Of a stretch of 64,000 nucleotides of DNA, positions 1 through 9,345 are shown in pieces (within the stretch, counting starts at the first letter, position 1; each line of letters opens with the position of its first letter). The stretch spans positions 64,077-128,076 of the forward strand of contig JAGNKX010000006.1 in NCBI GenBank assembly GCA_017999915.1. The letters are read 5' to 3'. The stretch comes from Spirochaetota bacterium. GTDB taxonomy: Bacteria > Spirochaetota > UBA4802 > UBA5550. Made by a program: the position numbers and the translations under genes. The notes under the pieces were generated by a model. The model was not told where the DNA came from and made no database searches. It saw only the letters and a program-made list of their open reading frames with translations.

Positions 1-1131
1 CGCCTGTTCCGGCGCTGCTTCCTCATCGGGAGGCGATTCCGCCTGGCCCATGTGTACATCAGCCACGACCGCTTCGTGGAGGTGGCCACCTTCCGGGCGG
101 CCGTTGACCCGGACGAGGTCGTAGGCGAGGGGCGCTTCGCCGCCAATAACCAGTACGGCACCATCGCTGAGGACGCACTTCGCCGCGACTTCACCGTGAA
201 CGGCCTTTACTATGACAGCACCGACGGCTCCATCCACGACTACGGCGGCGGCCTCGAAGATCTGAAGAAAAAGACGATCCGGTCCATCGGGGACCCGGCC
301 AAGCGTTTCGCCGAAGACCCGGTGCGCATAATCCGGGCCGCCCGCTTCTGCGCGCAGCTAGGCTTCACCCTGTCCCGCCGCGACTTCAAGGCGGCCATAG
401 GCAGCGCGCACATGATCACCCAGGCTAACGCCCACCGCATGCTGGAGGAGCTGTACAAGATACTCCGGAGCGGCGCATCGGCCGGAACCATGGAGAACCT
501 GAAGAACTTCCGGATACTCCAGCACTGGCTGCCGGAACTCTCGCCGGAGCGGCACGCGGTCCTGCTGCCGCGCCTGGCGGCGGTGGACCGCCGCCGCGCC
601 GCCGGCGAGGAGATCCCGCCGGCAGTGCTCCTGGCCGCGCTCTTCTATGATCTTTTCGATGAGGCCATGGGGGAGAAGCGCGGATTCCAGGACGTTTTTT
701 CCATGATGCATCAGCGTTTCAACGAGGTGGTGACGCGCCTCAAGATCCCGCGCCGCGAGTGGGACGCCATTACGAACCTGATTGCCCGCCAGTCGAGCTT
801 CACCCGTACCGTGAGCGGTCCCAAGGGGAAGGGCTTTGAAAAGCGCTTCGTGCGTAACGCCCATTTCGCCAATTCGCTCATGTTCTTCGAGATTTTCGCG
901 GAAGCGTCGGGGAAATACCAGGAGGAGCTGAAGTACTGGAAAGAGCGGGGGGTGCATTCTGCTTCCCACGAGGGCGCCCGGCACCAGCACCAGGGCGGCG
1001 AGCAGCGGCCTGAGCCGAACCGGCAGCGGCCCGAAGGAGTGCCGGGCCGCCAGGGCGGCAAAAGCGGCAAGCGCAGGAGAAACAGGCGTCCCCACAGACC
1101 TGCTGGACCGGCGCCTGCTGCCGGAGAGTGA
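1..1131 (+). CDS. pcnB: Poly(A) polymerase I (PcnB), C-terminal part. The gene starts upstream of the window and the frame is open from base 1.
   Basis: The frame is open from the window start (RLFRRCFLIGRRF...). The sequence resembles the PcnB nucleotidyltransferase / tRNA-NT core. It has the typical Arg/Lys-rich C-terminal tail (GKSGKRRRNRRPHRP). Confidence 0.7.
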   Translation, partial: RLFRRCFLIGRRFRLAHVYISHDRFVEVATFRAAVDPDEVVGEGRFAANNQYGTIAEDALRRDFTVNGLYYDSTDGSIHDYGGGLEDLKKKTIRSIGDPAKRFAEDPVRIIRAARFCAQLGFTLSRRDFKAAIGSAHMITQANAHRMLEELYKILRSGASAGTMENLKNFRILQHWLPELSPERHAVLLPRLAAVDRRRAAGEEIPPAVLLAALFYDLFDEAMGEKRGFQDVFSMMHQRFNEVVTRLKIPRREWDAITNLIARQSSFTRTVSGPKGKGFEKRFVRNAHFANSLMFFEIFAEASGKYQEELKYWKERGVHSASHEGARHQHQGGEQRPEPNRQRPEGVPGRQGGKSGKRRRNRRPHRPAGPAPAAGE

Positions 1132-1193
1132 CGCGCCTCTAATGTGACTCTATTTTTTTATAGCCAGTTTAATTTGCATAATAATCAATATCA

Positions 1194-1215
1194 TTTACCG
1201 ATAGTTATCGGTAAA
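1194..1215. promoter_or_regulatory. Perfect 10-bp inverted repeat TTTACCGATA-GT-TATCGGTAAA. Candidate TetR-type operator upstream of the reductase/TetR/ACAD block.
   Basis: The palindrome was read directly from the sequence. It lies in the AT-rich intergenic region before 1402. The nearest regulator is the TetR gene at 3360. Confidence 0.4.
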
Positions 1216-1263
1216 AAATAATTTTGCTCTGACCCTATCTAAATCTGCTTGACAATCCCTTGG

Positions 1264-1289
1264 TAATTAAATGAATGTTCAGTTAATTA
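1264..1289. promoter_or_regulatory. Near-perfect palindrome TAATTAAATGAA-TG-TTCAGTTAATTA, preceded by a TTGACA hexamer at 1249-1254.
   Basis: Read directly. It has the same AATTAAA..ATGAA..TTCA..TTAATT architecture as the dsr promoter palindrome at 37222-37262. Confidence 0.35.
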
Positions 1290-1401
1290 TGTAGTCTTAA
1301 CTTCATAATAAAGGATAACTCAGGGTCGCCCAGTGGGCGTATAAGGGGCTTTGCCCCTTAATCCTTAAGAGAATCAAATATTATTCCTGCGAGTAAAAAC
1401 C

Positions 1402-3336
1402 ATGAATGAACTGCCCCATCTCTTCAGCTCTTATAGCATCAATAATCTCAAACTGGCAAACCGCGTTGTCATGCCCGCCATGGGTACCGGCTACGGTGGA
1501 AAGGATGGCACGGTAACAGACCAGCTTGTCGCCTACCTTGAACGAAGGGCCAGGGGCGGTGTGGGCCTTATCGTCACTGAGGAGTGCGCCATCGATCCCC
1601 GGGGAAAGAACATGGGCCGCGAGATAGGGGTATGGAACGATTCCTTTATCCCCGGCCTGTCGCGCCTGGCCGATGCCGCCCACCGGCACGGATCGAAGAT
1701 CGCCCTACAGCTCCATCACGCCGGCCGCGAGACCATTGAAGCGGTGACAGGGGCAAAGCCGGAGGCGCCATCGGAGCTGCCGAGCCTCATCTACAACCAG
1801 CCGACCGAGGCAATGTCCATTGACCGCATCAGGGAGATTGTGAACGCCTATGCCATGGGAGCGCTGCGGGCGAAGAGCGCGGGTATGGACGCGGTGGAGA
1901 TCCACGGCGCCCATGGCTACCTGGTGCACCAGTTCATTTCCCCCTTTTCCAACAGGAGGACCGATGAGTATGGCGGCAGCGACGAGAACCGCGCCCGGTT
2001 TTACCTGGAGATACTGAAGGCGGCCCGGGAAAAGGTCGGCCCCGATTTCCCGATCATCGCCAGGCTCTCGGCCGAGGAGTGCATCAAGGGCGGCTTCGAG
2101 CTGGAGTTCACGAAGTGGCTCGCCCCGCGCCTTGTTAACGCCGGGGCGAGCGCGATCCACGTATCGGTCGGGGTCTACACCACGCCGGGCCTCCTCACCA
2201 TAGCCGCGTCGGACACACCGGAGGGATTCAACCTCTTCCGGGCCCGGGAGATCAAGGAGGTCGTGAAGGTCCCCGTTATCGGCGTGGGAAGGATCATAGA
2301 TCCCCGCATGGCCGACGAGGCCATCGCCCGGGGCGACGCGGACCTGGTGGCCATGGGGCGCCAGCTCCTGGCCGATCCGGAGGTCCTGGTCAAGGCAAGG
2401 GAGGGCAGATGGGACGACGTGCGCCGGTGCCTCGGGTGCAACCAGGGGTGCATCGAGCGCCTCAGCTTCGAGTTCAAGCCAACCACCTGCTCCATCAACC
2501 CCGAGTGCGGCAGGGAGCACGAGGACCGCTACAAAAAAAGCGATGCCCGGAAAAAGGTGTGGATCATCGGAGGCGGGCCGGCGGGCCTTTCGGCGGCCCT
2601 GGCCGCGGCCCTGCGGGGCCATGCCGTGTCGCTCTTTGAGCGCGAGGCCCTGTGCGGAGGCCAGCTTCTGTCCGCGAGCAAGCCGCCCCACAAGGAAGGA
2701 TTCTACCGGTGGGTGGAATGGATCGCCCGCCGGCTGAAGGACCTGGGCGTCGCCGTGAAAAAGTCTGCCGTGGTAACCGAAGCGATGCTCGCGGACAACA
2801 GGCCGGACGCGGTGATCCTCGCGGCCGGAGCGGCGCCGGTCACGCCTCCCATCAAAGGCATCGATGGCAGCACTGTTTTCGAGGCGCGGGACGTTCTCAC
2901 CGGAAAGGCTGCGGTGAAAGGCCCCGTCGTGATCCTGGGCGGCGGCTACGTGGGCATGGAGACCGCCGATTTCTGCATCGACCGGGGCGCCGCGGTCACC
3001 GTGGTGGAGATGGCGAAGTTCCCGCCGGTGAGCTCCTTCCCTGCCCATGGCTACTGGCTCCACCGGCGCCTCAAAAAGAGCGGCGGGACCCTGATGCTGA
3101 ACAGCAGAATCACCGCCATTGAACAGGACACCGTCACGGTCGAGCAGGACGGAAAGGAGCTGCGGGTCGGGCCCGCGGCCATGATCATAAAGGCCTTCGG
3201 GTCCGCGCCGGAGCGCGGCCTGGCGGAGTCCCTGAAAAAGCTCGGCATTCCCTTCGCCGAGGCGGGCGATGTCATCAAGCCCCGCCGGCTCATCGAGGCG
3301 GTCCACGAGGGCGACGAGGCAGGCGTGTCGATATGA
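1402..3336 (+). CDS. NADH:flavin oxidoreductase / 2,4-dienoyl-CoA reductase-like protein. It has an Old Yellow Enzyme TIM-barrel, a 4Fe-4S motif and a C-terminal FAD/NAD(P)-binding domain.
   Basis: 644 aa. The N-terminus has an OYE signature (PAMGTGYGG, HGAHGYL). It carries the CLGCNQGC cluster motif. The C-terminal half has a Rossmann motif (IIGGGPAGL). The architecture matches FadH. Confidence 0.75.
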   Translation: MNELPHLFSSYSINNLKLANRVVMPAMGTGYGGKDGTVTDQLVAYLERRARGGVGLIVTEECAIDPRGKNMGREIGVWNDSFIPGLSRLADAAHRHGSKIALQLHHAGRETIEAVTGAKPEAPSELPSLIYNQPTEAMSIDRIREIVNAYAMGALRAKSAGMDAVEIHGAHGYLVHQFISPFSNRRTDEYGGSDENRARFYLEILKAAREKVGPDFPIIARLSAEECIKGGFELEFTKWLAPRLVNAGASAIHVSVGVYTTPGLLTIAASDTPEGFNLFRAREIKEVVKVPVIGVGRIIDPRMADEAIARGDADLVAMGRQLLADPEVLVKAREGRWDDVRRCLGCNQGCIERLSFEFKPTTCSINPECGREHEDRYKKSDARKKVWIIGGGPAGLSAALAAALRGHAVSLFEREALCGGQLLSASKPPHKEGFYRWVEWIARRLKDLGVAVKKSAVVTEAMLADNRPDAVILAAGAAPVTPPIKGIDGSTVFEARDVLTGKAAVKGPVVILGGGYVGMETADFCIDRGAAVTVVEMAKFPPVSSFPAHGYWLHRRLKKSGGTLMLNSRITAIEQDTVTVEQDGKELRVGPAAMIIKAFGSAPERGLAESLKKLGIPFAEAGDVIKPRRLIEAVHEGDEAGVSI

Positions 3337-3359
3337 TCGCAATCATCATGGAATGATAA

Positions 3360-3962
3360 ATGCAAGGGATAAAAAAAAGACAGAACGCCGACGTACGAAA
3401 GCCGGATATCGTAAAGAATTTCTACCAGGTCATCCTCGAAGAGGGTATCGAAGGCGCGTCCATCGGCAAGGTGGCGAAGCGGATGGACATACATCCCAGC
3501 CTGATCATCCATTACTTCCGGAACAAGGAAAACCTGATCATCGCACTGGTGGATTACATCATCCGCAGGTCCGGCGAGATCTACCGGGAGTTGATCGTCC
3601 AATCGGGCGACCCCGGCAGGCGACTGCGCAACCTCGTGGAGATATTCTTCAGCGAGGCCTGGTACGGCATGTCGGACATCAGCGGCGACTTCGCCATCCT
3701 CTCCATGAGCGGCCGGGAGCCGCGCATCCGCGCCCGGCTGAAGGAGATGTACGCCATCCTGAAAAAACTCATCATCGATGAGCTTGGCAAGATCAACGAC
3801 GACGGGGCCATTCCCCTCAGGGACCCGGGCCGCGCGGCGGATATCATCATCTCGATGTACGAGGGATACCGGCATTTCAAGCACTTCTATATCGATGATG
3901 CCGATGCGGATGCCTTCCGGGAAGACATGATCGAAGCGACCATGGCGGCGCTGTCAAAATAG
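3360..3962 (+). CDS. TetR/AcrR family transcriptional regulator.
   Basis: 200 aa. There is an N-terminal HTH (IGKVAKRMDIHPSLIIHYFRNKENL). It is 23 bp downstream of the reductase. Confidence 0.8.
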   Translation: MQGIKKRQNADVRKPDIVKNFYQVILEEGIEGASIGKVAKRMDIHPSLIIHYFRNKENLIIALVDYIIRRSGEIYRELIVQSGDPGRRLRNLVEIFFSEAWYGMSDISGDFAILSMSGREPRIRARLKEMYAILKKLIIDELGKINDDGAIPLRDPGRAADIIISMYEGYRHFKHFYIDDADADAFREDMIEATMAALSK

Positions 3963-4009
3963 CATGTGAACCTTGCAATGACGTAATCAGATTATCGGAG
4001 GAATTAAAT

Positions 4010-5812
4010 ATGGCAGAACGATTTTTCAGCGAGCGAAATCTAGCATTCACCCTGTTTAACGTCCATGATATCGAATCCCTGCTTGGGCTGGAGCGCTTCG
4101 GCGAATACACCAGGGAGAGCGTGGACATGATCATCGGCACGGCGATGAAGATCGCCTCCGGGCACATGTTCCCGCTCTTTTCCGAGATGGATAAGAACCC
4201 GCCGAAGTATGTCGACGGCACCATCAGGGTCCATCCGAAAGTGAAGGAGTTCACGGCCATGGCCGGGGAGGGAGGATGGATCAGCGCCATCTTTCCCTAC
4301 GAGAGTGGAGGCCAGCAGATGCCGGTGTCGGTGTTCAACGCGTGCCAGTTCATATTCGCGGCGGCCAACTATTCTTTGAGCGTGTATCCCGGCCTCACCA
4401 CGGGGGCGGTGAACCTCATCCTCTCCTTCGGGTCGGAGGAGCTGCGGAAAGCCTATGTCTCGCCTATGACCGAGGGGAAGTGGCAGGGCACCATGGCCCT
4501 CACCGAGCCGGAGGCGGGGAGCTCCCTGAGCGACGTGCGCACGTCGGCAGAGCCGACGGACAGGGGTTACTACCTGATCAGGGGGCAGAAGACCTTCATT
4601 TCATCGGGCGACAACGATGTCGCGGAGAATATCGTGCACCTGATGCTGGCCCGCGTCAAGGGCGCCCCGGCAGGCGTCAAGGGGCTTTCCCTCTTCGTCG
4701 TTCCCAAGTACCGTTTCGCCGCGCCGGGGAAGCTAGAACCCAACGACGTGAGCTGCGCCGGGTGCTACCACAAGATGGGCTACCGGGGCGCGCCCATCGC
4801 CCAGCTCAGCATGGGTGAGAGCGACGACTGCCGCGGATGGCTGGTCGGGGAGGCCAACAAAGGCCTTTCCTACATGTTCCAGATGATGAACGAGGCCCGG
4901 ATCAACGTGGGGCTGGGGGCCACGGGTATCGCCTCGGCCGCCTACCACGCGTCCCTCGAATACGCGCGGGAGCGGCTCCAGGGGAGGAGCATCAGCGAGA
5001 AGGACCCGGCGAAGCCGCAGGTTCCCATCATCGAGCACGCCGACGTGAAGCGGATGCTGCTCCAGCAGCGGGCCATCGTGGAAGGGTCGCTCTCCCTCAT
5101 CGTGTACGCCGGCAAGCTCGTCGACCTGGCGCAGGCCGGAAGCGGCGAGGAAAAGGAGCGCAATGAGCTGCTCCTCGATTTTCTGACACCCATCGTCAAG
5201 ACCTATCCGTCGGAGATGGGCATCATTTCAACCAGCCTTGCCATCCAGTGCCTGGGCGGCTACGGCTACAGCGACGAGTTCCCGGTGGAGCAGTACATGC
5301 GGGACATCCGCATTCATCCGATCCATGAAGGGACCACCGGCATACAGGGCATGGACCTCCTCGGCAGGAAGGTCACCATGCACAAGGGGAAGGCCGCCGC
5401 GATCTACCTGGAAGAGGTGGCAAAGGCGATCGAGGCCGCCCGGTCCGTGAGGGGCCTTGGCCCCTGCGCGGAAAAGCTGAAGGGAGCGGTGGATATCCTT
5501 AAAGCCGTAACGGGCGCCCTTGTCGGCATCGCCGTCAAGGGCGAGATCGAGCGGTTCCTTGCGGACGCGACCCTCTACCTGGAGATGTCCGGGATCATCT
5601 GCATCGCCTGGCAGTGGCTACTCCAGGGGATGGCGGCCGAAAAGGCCCTTGCCAACGCCGCGGAAGCGGACCGGGATTTCCTGGAAGGGAAGATGCTCGC
5701 CATGAAGTACTTCTTTGAATACGAGCTGCCCAGGATCGAGGGGCTGCGGACCAGGCTCATGAGCGAAGAGGCGGTCACGACAGCGGTCCAGGCGCGGCAC
5801 TTTACGGATTAA
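4010..5812 (+). CDS. Acyl-CoA dehydrogenase (long, AidB/FadE-like).
   Basis: 600 aa. It has acyl-CoA dehydrogenase N-, middle and C-terminal domain motifs (TEPEAGSSLSD, ...GYGYSDEFPVEQYMRD...). Confidence 0.75.
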   Translation: MAERFFSERNLAFTLFNVHDIESLLGLERFGEYTRESVDMIIGTAMKIASGHMFPLFSEMDKNPPKYVDGTIRVHPKVKEFTAMAGEGGWISAIFPYESGGQQMPVSVFNACQFIFAAANYSLSVYPGLTTGAVNLILSFGSEELRKAYVSPMTEGKWQGTMALTEPEAGSSLSDVRTSAEPTDRGYYLIRGQKTFISSGDNDVAENIVHLMLARVKGAPAGVKGLSLFVVPKYRFAAPGKLEPNDVSCAGCYHKMGYRGAPIAQLSMGESDDCRGWLVGEANKGLSYMFQMMNEARINVGLGATGIASAAYHASLEYARERLQGRSISEKDPAKPQVPIIEHADVKRMLLQQRAIVEGSLSLIVYAGKLVDLAQAGSGEEKERNELLLDFLTPIVKTYPSEMGIISTSLAIQCLGGYGYSDEFPVEQYMRDIRIHPIHEGTTGIQGMDLLGRKVTMHKGKAAAIYLEEVAKAIEAARSVRGLGPCAEKLKGAVDILKAVTGALVGIAVKGEIERFLADATLYLEMSGIICIAWQWLLQGMAAEKALANAAEADRDFLEGKMLAMKYFFEYELPRIEGLRTRLMSEEAVTTAVQARHFTD

Positions 5813-8800
5813 TTCTTGATCTCCCCGAGGGAATCAAGGGCCTCGTGGAGCTCCTTCTGGTGCCGTGTGCTTTCAAGGCGGCTCATGAGGCTGTAGGCGC
5901 AGGGGACCACGAAGAGGGTGAGGAGCGTCGACAGGAACACGCCGCCGATGACCACGACGCCCATGGGACGGGTCGTTTCCGCCCCGGGGCCGAGGGAGAG
6001 GGCCGGCGGTATGGCTGCGGCGATGGTCGCCAGCGAGGTCATTAAAATCGGCCGTAGCCGCACCGGGCAGGCGTCAAGGAGGGCCTCATGGACGTCCATG
6101 CCGGCGACGCGGCGGTGATTGGTGAAATCGACCAGCATGATGGAGTTCTTCTTCACGATCCCCATCAGGAGGAGCAGGCCGATCATGCTGTAGATGTTCA
6201 GGGATATGCCGGTCATCCTCATGGCGATGAAGGCGCCGCTGGCGCTGAAGGGCAGCGCGAGAAGGATGATGATCGGGTGCAGAAAGCTGTTGTACTGCGA
6301 CCCGAGGATCATGTAGGCCACCACGATCCCCAGGATAAGCGCGAAGATCAGGCTCTCGAAGGATTCCTTGAAGGTCTCGGAGCTTCCTGAAAAGGTGATG
6401 TGGTATTCCTGGGGGAGGACCTGCTTCGCCGTTTTCTCTATGAAGGCCAGTATGTCGGACTGGGATTTCCCCGGACCGATGTTGGCGAATATGTTGATGG
6501 CGCGCTCCCGGTTGTACCGGGTGATGGTCAGGTACGAGGGTTTTTCCGCGATATCGACGACGCTGGAGAGGGGGACCATCTCGCCGTGGATGTTCCGCAC
6601 CTTGATGCGGCTGATGTCGGTGGGCGCGCGGTTATACCGGTCCAGGAGCTTGATGCGCACGTCGTCGCGCCGTCCGGACTCGCCGGTGTACTTCGCGACG
6701 CGGAGGCTCCCCACCGAGGCGCTGATGGTGTTGGCGATGTTCGTGATAGTCACGCCGCGGTCCCTGGCCCGCTCCCGGTCCGGCGTCACCCGCACCTCCG
6801 GCATGCCGAGCTGGTAATCGGTGTCGACGTCGGTGACCAGCCCCGATTTTTCCAGCCGCTCCATCATCTTCTGGCTGTACCCGCCGAGCTTTTCCCAGTT
6901 CGGGCCCTGGACGGAGAACTGGATCGGAAAGCCGCGCTTGGCGGTAAAGCCGGCCTGGGACAGGTCCATCATGTTCGCGGTATATATGCCCGGGATCTTC
7001 CTGATTTTTTCCCTTATGAAACCCATGAATTCCTGCTGGGTGGGACGCTTCTTGAACGGGGCGGCGACGGGGCGCTCCTTGTAGTCCTTCAGGGTGATGA
7101 AGATCGTGCCCTGGTTGACCAGCCCCCCCTGGAAGCCCCCGATGTTGCCGAAGTATTTTTCCACTTCCGGCCGCTCCTTTAGCATGGCCTCGATCTTTCT
7201 GACGACCGAATCGGTGAATTCCAGCGACGAGCCGAGGGGCGTCCTTATGGTGGCGATGAAAATGCCCTGGTCCTGGGATGGCACGAACTCTTTTCGCATG
7301 CCAGGGAGCAGGAAGATGGAGGCGGCGAAGATCAGCGCGGCGGCTCCCAGCACCTTCCAGCGGTTGTCGAGGCACCGGACAAGGGCGCCCCGGTATTTCG
7401 AGGAAACGAATTCCATGAATCCGTCCATGACCCTCCCGAGCCTGGTTTCCCCGCCCTTTTGCAGCATCTGGGAGCAGCGCATCGGAGCCAGGGTCAGGGC
7501 TTCCAGGAGGGAGAGTATGACCGCCACGGAAATGGTGACGCCGAACTGAAAAAAGAACTTCCCGATGATCCCCTTCATGAACACGACCGGGATGAAGATG
7601 GCCAGGATGGCCAGGGACGCGGCCACGGCCGCGGAGGTTATCTCCCGGGCGCCCACGATGGCCGCCTTGACGCGGCTCATGCCGCTTTCGAAGTAGCGGA
7701 CGATGTTTTCCATGACCATGATGGCGTCATCCACGACGATGCCGATGACCAGGGAAAGCCCCAGGAGCGTGAAGGTGTTGAGGGTGAAGCCGAGAAAGTA
7801 GAGCACGATGAACGATCCGATGAGGGATGTCGGTATGGCCAGTATGACGTTGAAGGCGGAGCTCCACGATCCGAGAAAGAGCCAGCAGACGATCGAGGTC
7901 AGGATCACCGACAGGGTCAGGGTGAACATGAGCTCGTTGGTGGAATCCTCGATGAACTTGGTGCTGTCGAAGGAGATGTTCATCTTCATGTTCTTCGGAA
8001 GCATCCCCGAAACGTTGAGCGACTGCACCTTCTCCTTCACCTTGCGCCCCACGGCCACGGCATTGGAGCCCCGCTGCTTGATGACGCCGAGGCCGACGGC
8101 CGGCACGCCCTTGAAGCGCGCCATCCGCCTGACGTCGGCGGTCCCTTCCTCCACGGTGGCCACGTCGCCGAGCCTGATGGGCCTCCAGATCGGCTCGCCG
8201 CCGCGCCGGGTAATGATGAGCCTCTTGAATTCGTCCGGGGTCTTCGCCTCGGAAAGGACGCGGACATTGGCCTCGCGGGGACCGCTTTCTATATACCCGG
8301 AGGGGGTCAGGGTGTGCTGGCTTGATATGGTGGCGATGATGTCGTCCACGGTTATTTCCTGGCGGGCCATGCTGTCGGTGTTGAGCCATATCCGCATGTT
8401 CGGGTCCACGTAGCCGCCCATGCGCACGTCGCCCACTCCCTCGATGGTGGTGATGGCGTCCTTGAGGCGGTCGCGCAGGAAGAGCACCTTTTCCCGGGGA
8501 GACGCCGTCCCGCTCAGGGAGGTGAACATGATCGGGTTGTCCTCGGGGTTCGACTTGGTTACGATGGGCGGATCGATATCGGCGGGAAGGTTCCGCTGGG
8601 ACTGGAGGATCTTGGTCTGCACCTCCTGCAGGGCCGTGTCCACGTCGCGGGAGAGCTCGAACTCGATGGTTATGTTTGTGAGGCCCTCCATCGACGTCGA
8701 GCTGATGTTCCTGATCCCCTCGATGGTCATGACGGAATCCTCCAGCACATCGGCTATGGAGGTCTCCATGGTTTCCGGGGAGGCGCCCACCCAGGTGACG

Positions 8801-8943
8801 GTGACGGTGATGACCGGGAAATCCACGTCGGGCATCTGGCTGATCCCCATGCGGCTGAAGCCGATGGCGCCGAAGATGATAAGGCCGAACATCAGGATCC
8901 AGGCGAAGACGGTGTTTTTTATCGATATGTCAGATAGGGTCAT
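5809..8943 (-). CDS. RND efflux transporter permease (HAE1 / AcrB family).
   Basis: 1044 aa with 12-TM RND topology. The N-terminus (MTLSDISIKNTVFAWILMFGLIIFG) is typical of AcrB. The stop overlaps the ACAD stop by 4 bp (convergent). Confidence 0.9.
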   Translation of the reverse strand: MTLSDISIKNTVFAWILMFGLIIFGAIGFSRMGISQMPDVDFPVITVTVTWVGASPETMETSIADVLEDSVMTIEGIRNISSTSMEGLTNITIEFELSRDVDTALQEVQTKILQSQRNLPADIDPPIVTKSNPEDNPIMFTSLSGTASPREKVLFLRDRLKDAITTIEGVGDVRMGGYVDPNMRIWLNTDSMARQEITVDDIIATISSQHTLTPSGYIESGPREANVRVLSEAKTPDEFKRLIITRRGGEPIWRPIRLGDVATVEEGTADVRRMARFKGVPAVGLGVIKQRGSNAVAVGRKVKEKVQSLNVSGMLPKNMKMNISFDSTKFIEDSTNELMFTLTLSVILTSIVCWLFLGSWSSAFNVILAIPTSLIGSFIVLYFLGFTLNTFTLLGLSLVIGIVVDDAIMVMENIVRYFESGMSRVKAAIVGAREITSAAVAASLAILAIFIPVVFMKGIIGKFFFQFGVTISVAVILSLLEALTLAPMRCSQMLQKGGETRLGRVMDGFMEFVSSKYRGALVRCLDNRWKVLGAAALIFAASIFLLPGMRKEFVPSQDQGIFIATIRTPLGSSLEFTDSVVRKIEAMLKERPEVEKYFGNIGGFQGGLVNQGTIFITLKDYKERPVAAPFKKRPTQQEFMGFIREKIRKIPGIYTANMMDLSQAGFTAKRGFPIQFSVQGPNWEKLGGYSQKMMERLEKSGLVTDVDTDYQLGMPEVRVTPDRERARDRGVTITNIANTISASVGSLRVAKYTGESGRRDDVRIKLLDRYNRAPTDISRIKVRNIHGEMVPLSSVVDIAEKPSYLTITRYNRERAINIFANIGPGKSQSDILAFIEKTAKQVLPQEYHITFSGSSETFKESFESLIFALILGIVVAYMILGSQYNSFLHPIIILLALPFSASGAFIAMRMTGISLNIYSMIGLLLLMGIVKKNSIMLVDFTNHRRVAGMDVHEALLDACPVRLRPILMTSLATIAAAIPPALSLGPGAETTRPMGVVVIGGVFLSTLLTLFVVPCAYSLMSRLESTRHQKELHEALDSLGEIKN

Positions 8944-9073
8944 GGCAGCTGCCGGCGATTGTTTATTCTTGGTTACTCATAGGATGCATTGTATGATCGG
9001 GTCGTCATAAGATGCAAATACAATACTTGGCAATTTATGAAAAAAGTTGTAAGAGCTAATTTATCATTATGAT

Positions 9074-9248
9074 CCCTCACCCCCCGGCCCCCTCTCCCAT
9101 TTAAAATTGAAAAAAGGAGAGGGGGTGCATTAAAAAGAGCCCTCTCCTTTTTCCCGAACTTCATGGGAGGCAACATCTTGTACATCCATGTACGATGCTG
9201 CATGCGCGACATCCTGTCGCTTAGTGCGCGCCGAAGGCGGGGTGAGGG
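9074..9248. mobile_element. MITE-like repeat, copy A. Terminal inverted repeats are CCCTCACCCC...GGGGTGAGGG, with a CCCTCTCC/GGAGAGGG internal hairpin.
   Basis: The terminal inverted repeats were read directly. A near-identical core recurs at 27545-27667. A spurious ORF on the minus strand (MKFGKKERALFNAPPLL...) recurs with it. Confidence 0.6.
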
Positions 9249-9345
9249 TTGACCGTGTTTTTCCCTGAATATTTAAAATTCTTGATATTTTTATATTATT
9301 AGCCACGATTGTTCCCTGAATATTTAATGGGATGATTTTACACCA

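Noticed and set aside
240-1095. Minus-strand ORFs (83, 245 and 119 aa) inside pcnB. Many similar long antisense or alternate-frame ORFs occur throughout the window (for example 1705-3342, 6400-7375, 20117-21190, 24340-26193, 26278-27681, 33920-35965, 37278-38450, 38487-39575).
   Set aside because: These are GC-rich-genome artefacts. Each lies inside or antisense to a gene with clear family motifs. They have Arg/Pro/Gly-rich low-complexity translations and no RBS.
8973-9212. 79-aa ORF MSRMQHRTWMYKMLPPMKFGKKERALFNAPPLL..., and its look-alike at the start of the 26278-27681 ORF.
   Set aside because: Both are translations of the MITE-like repeat. The similarity is at the DNA-repeat level rather than a conserved protein.
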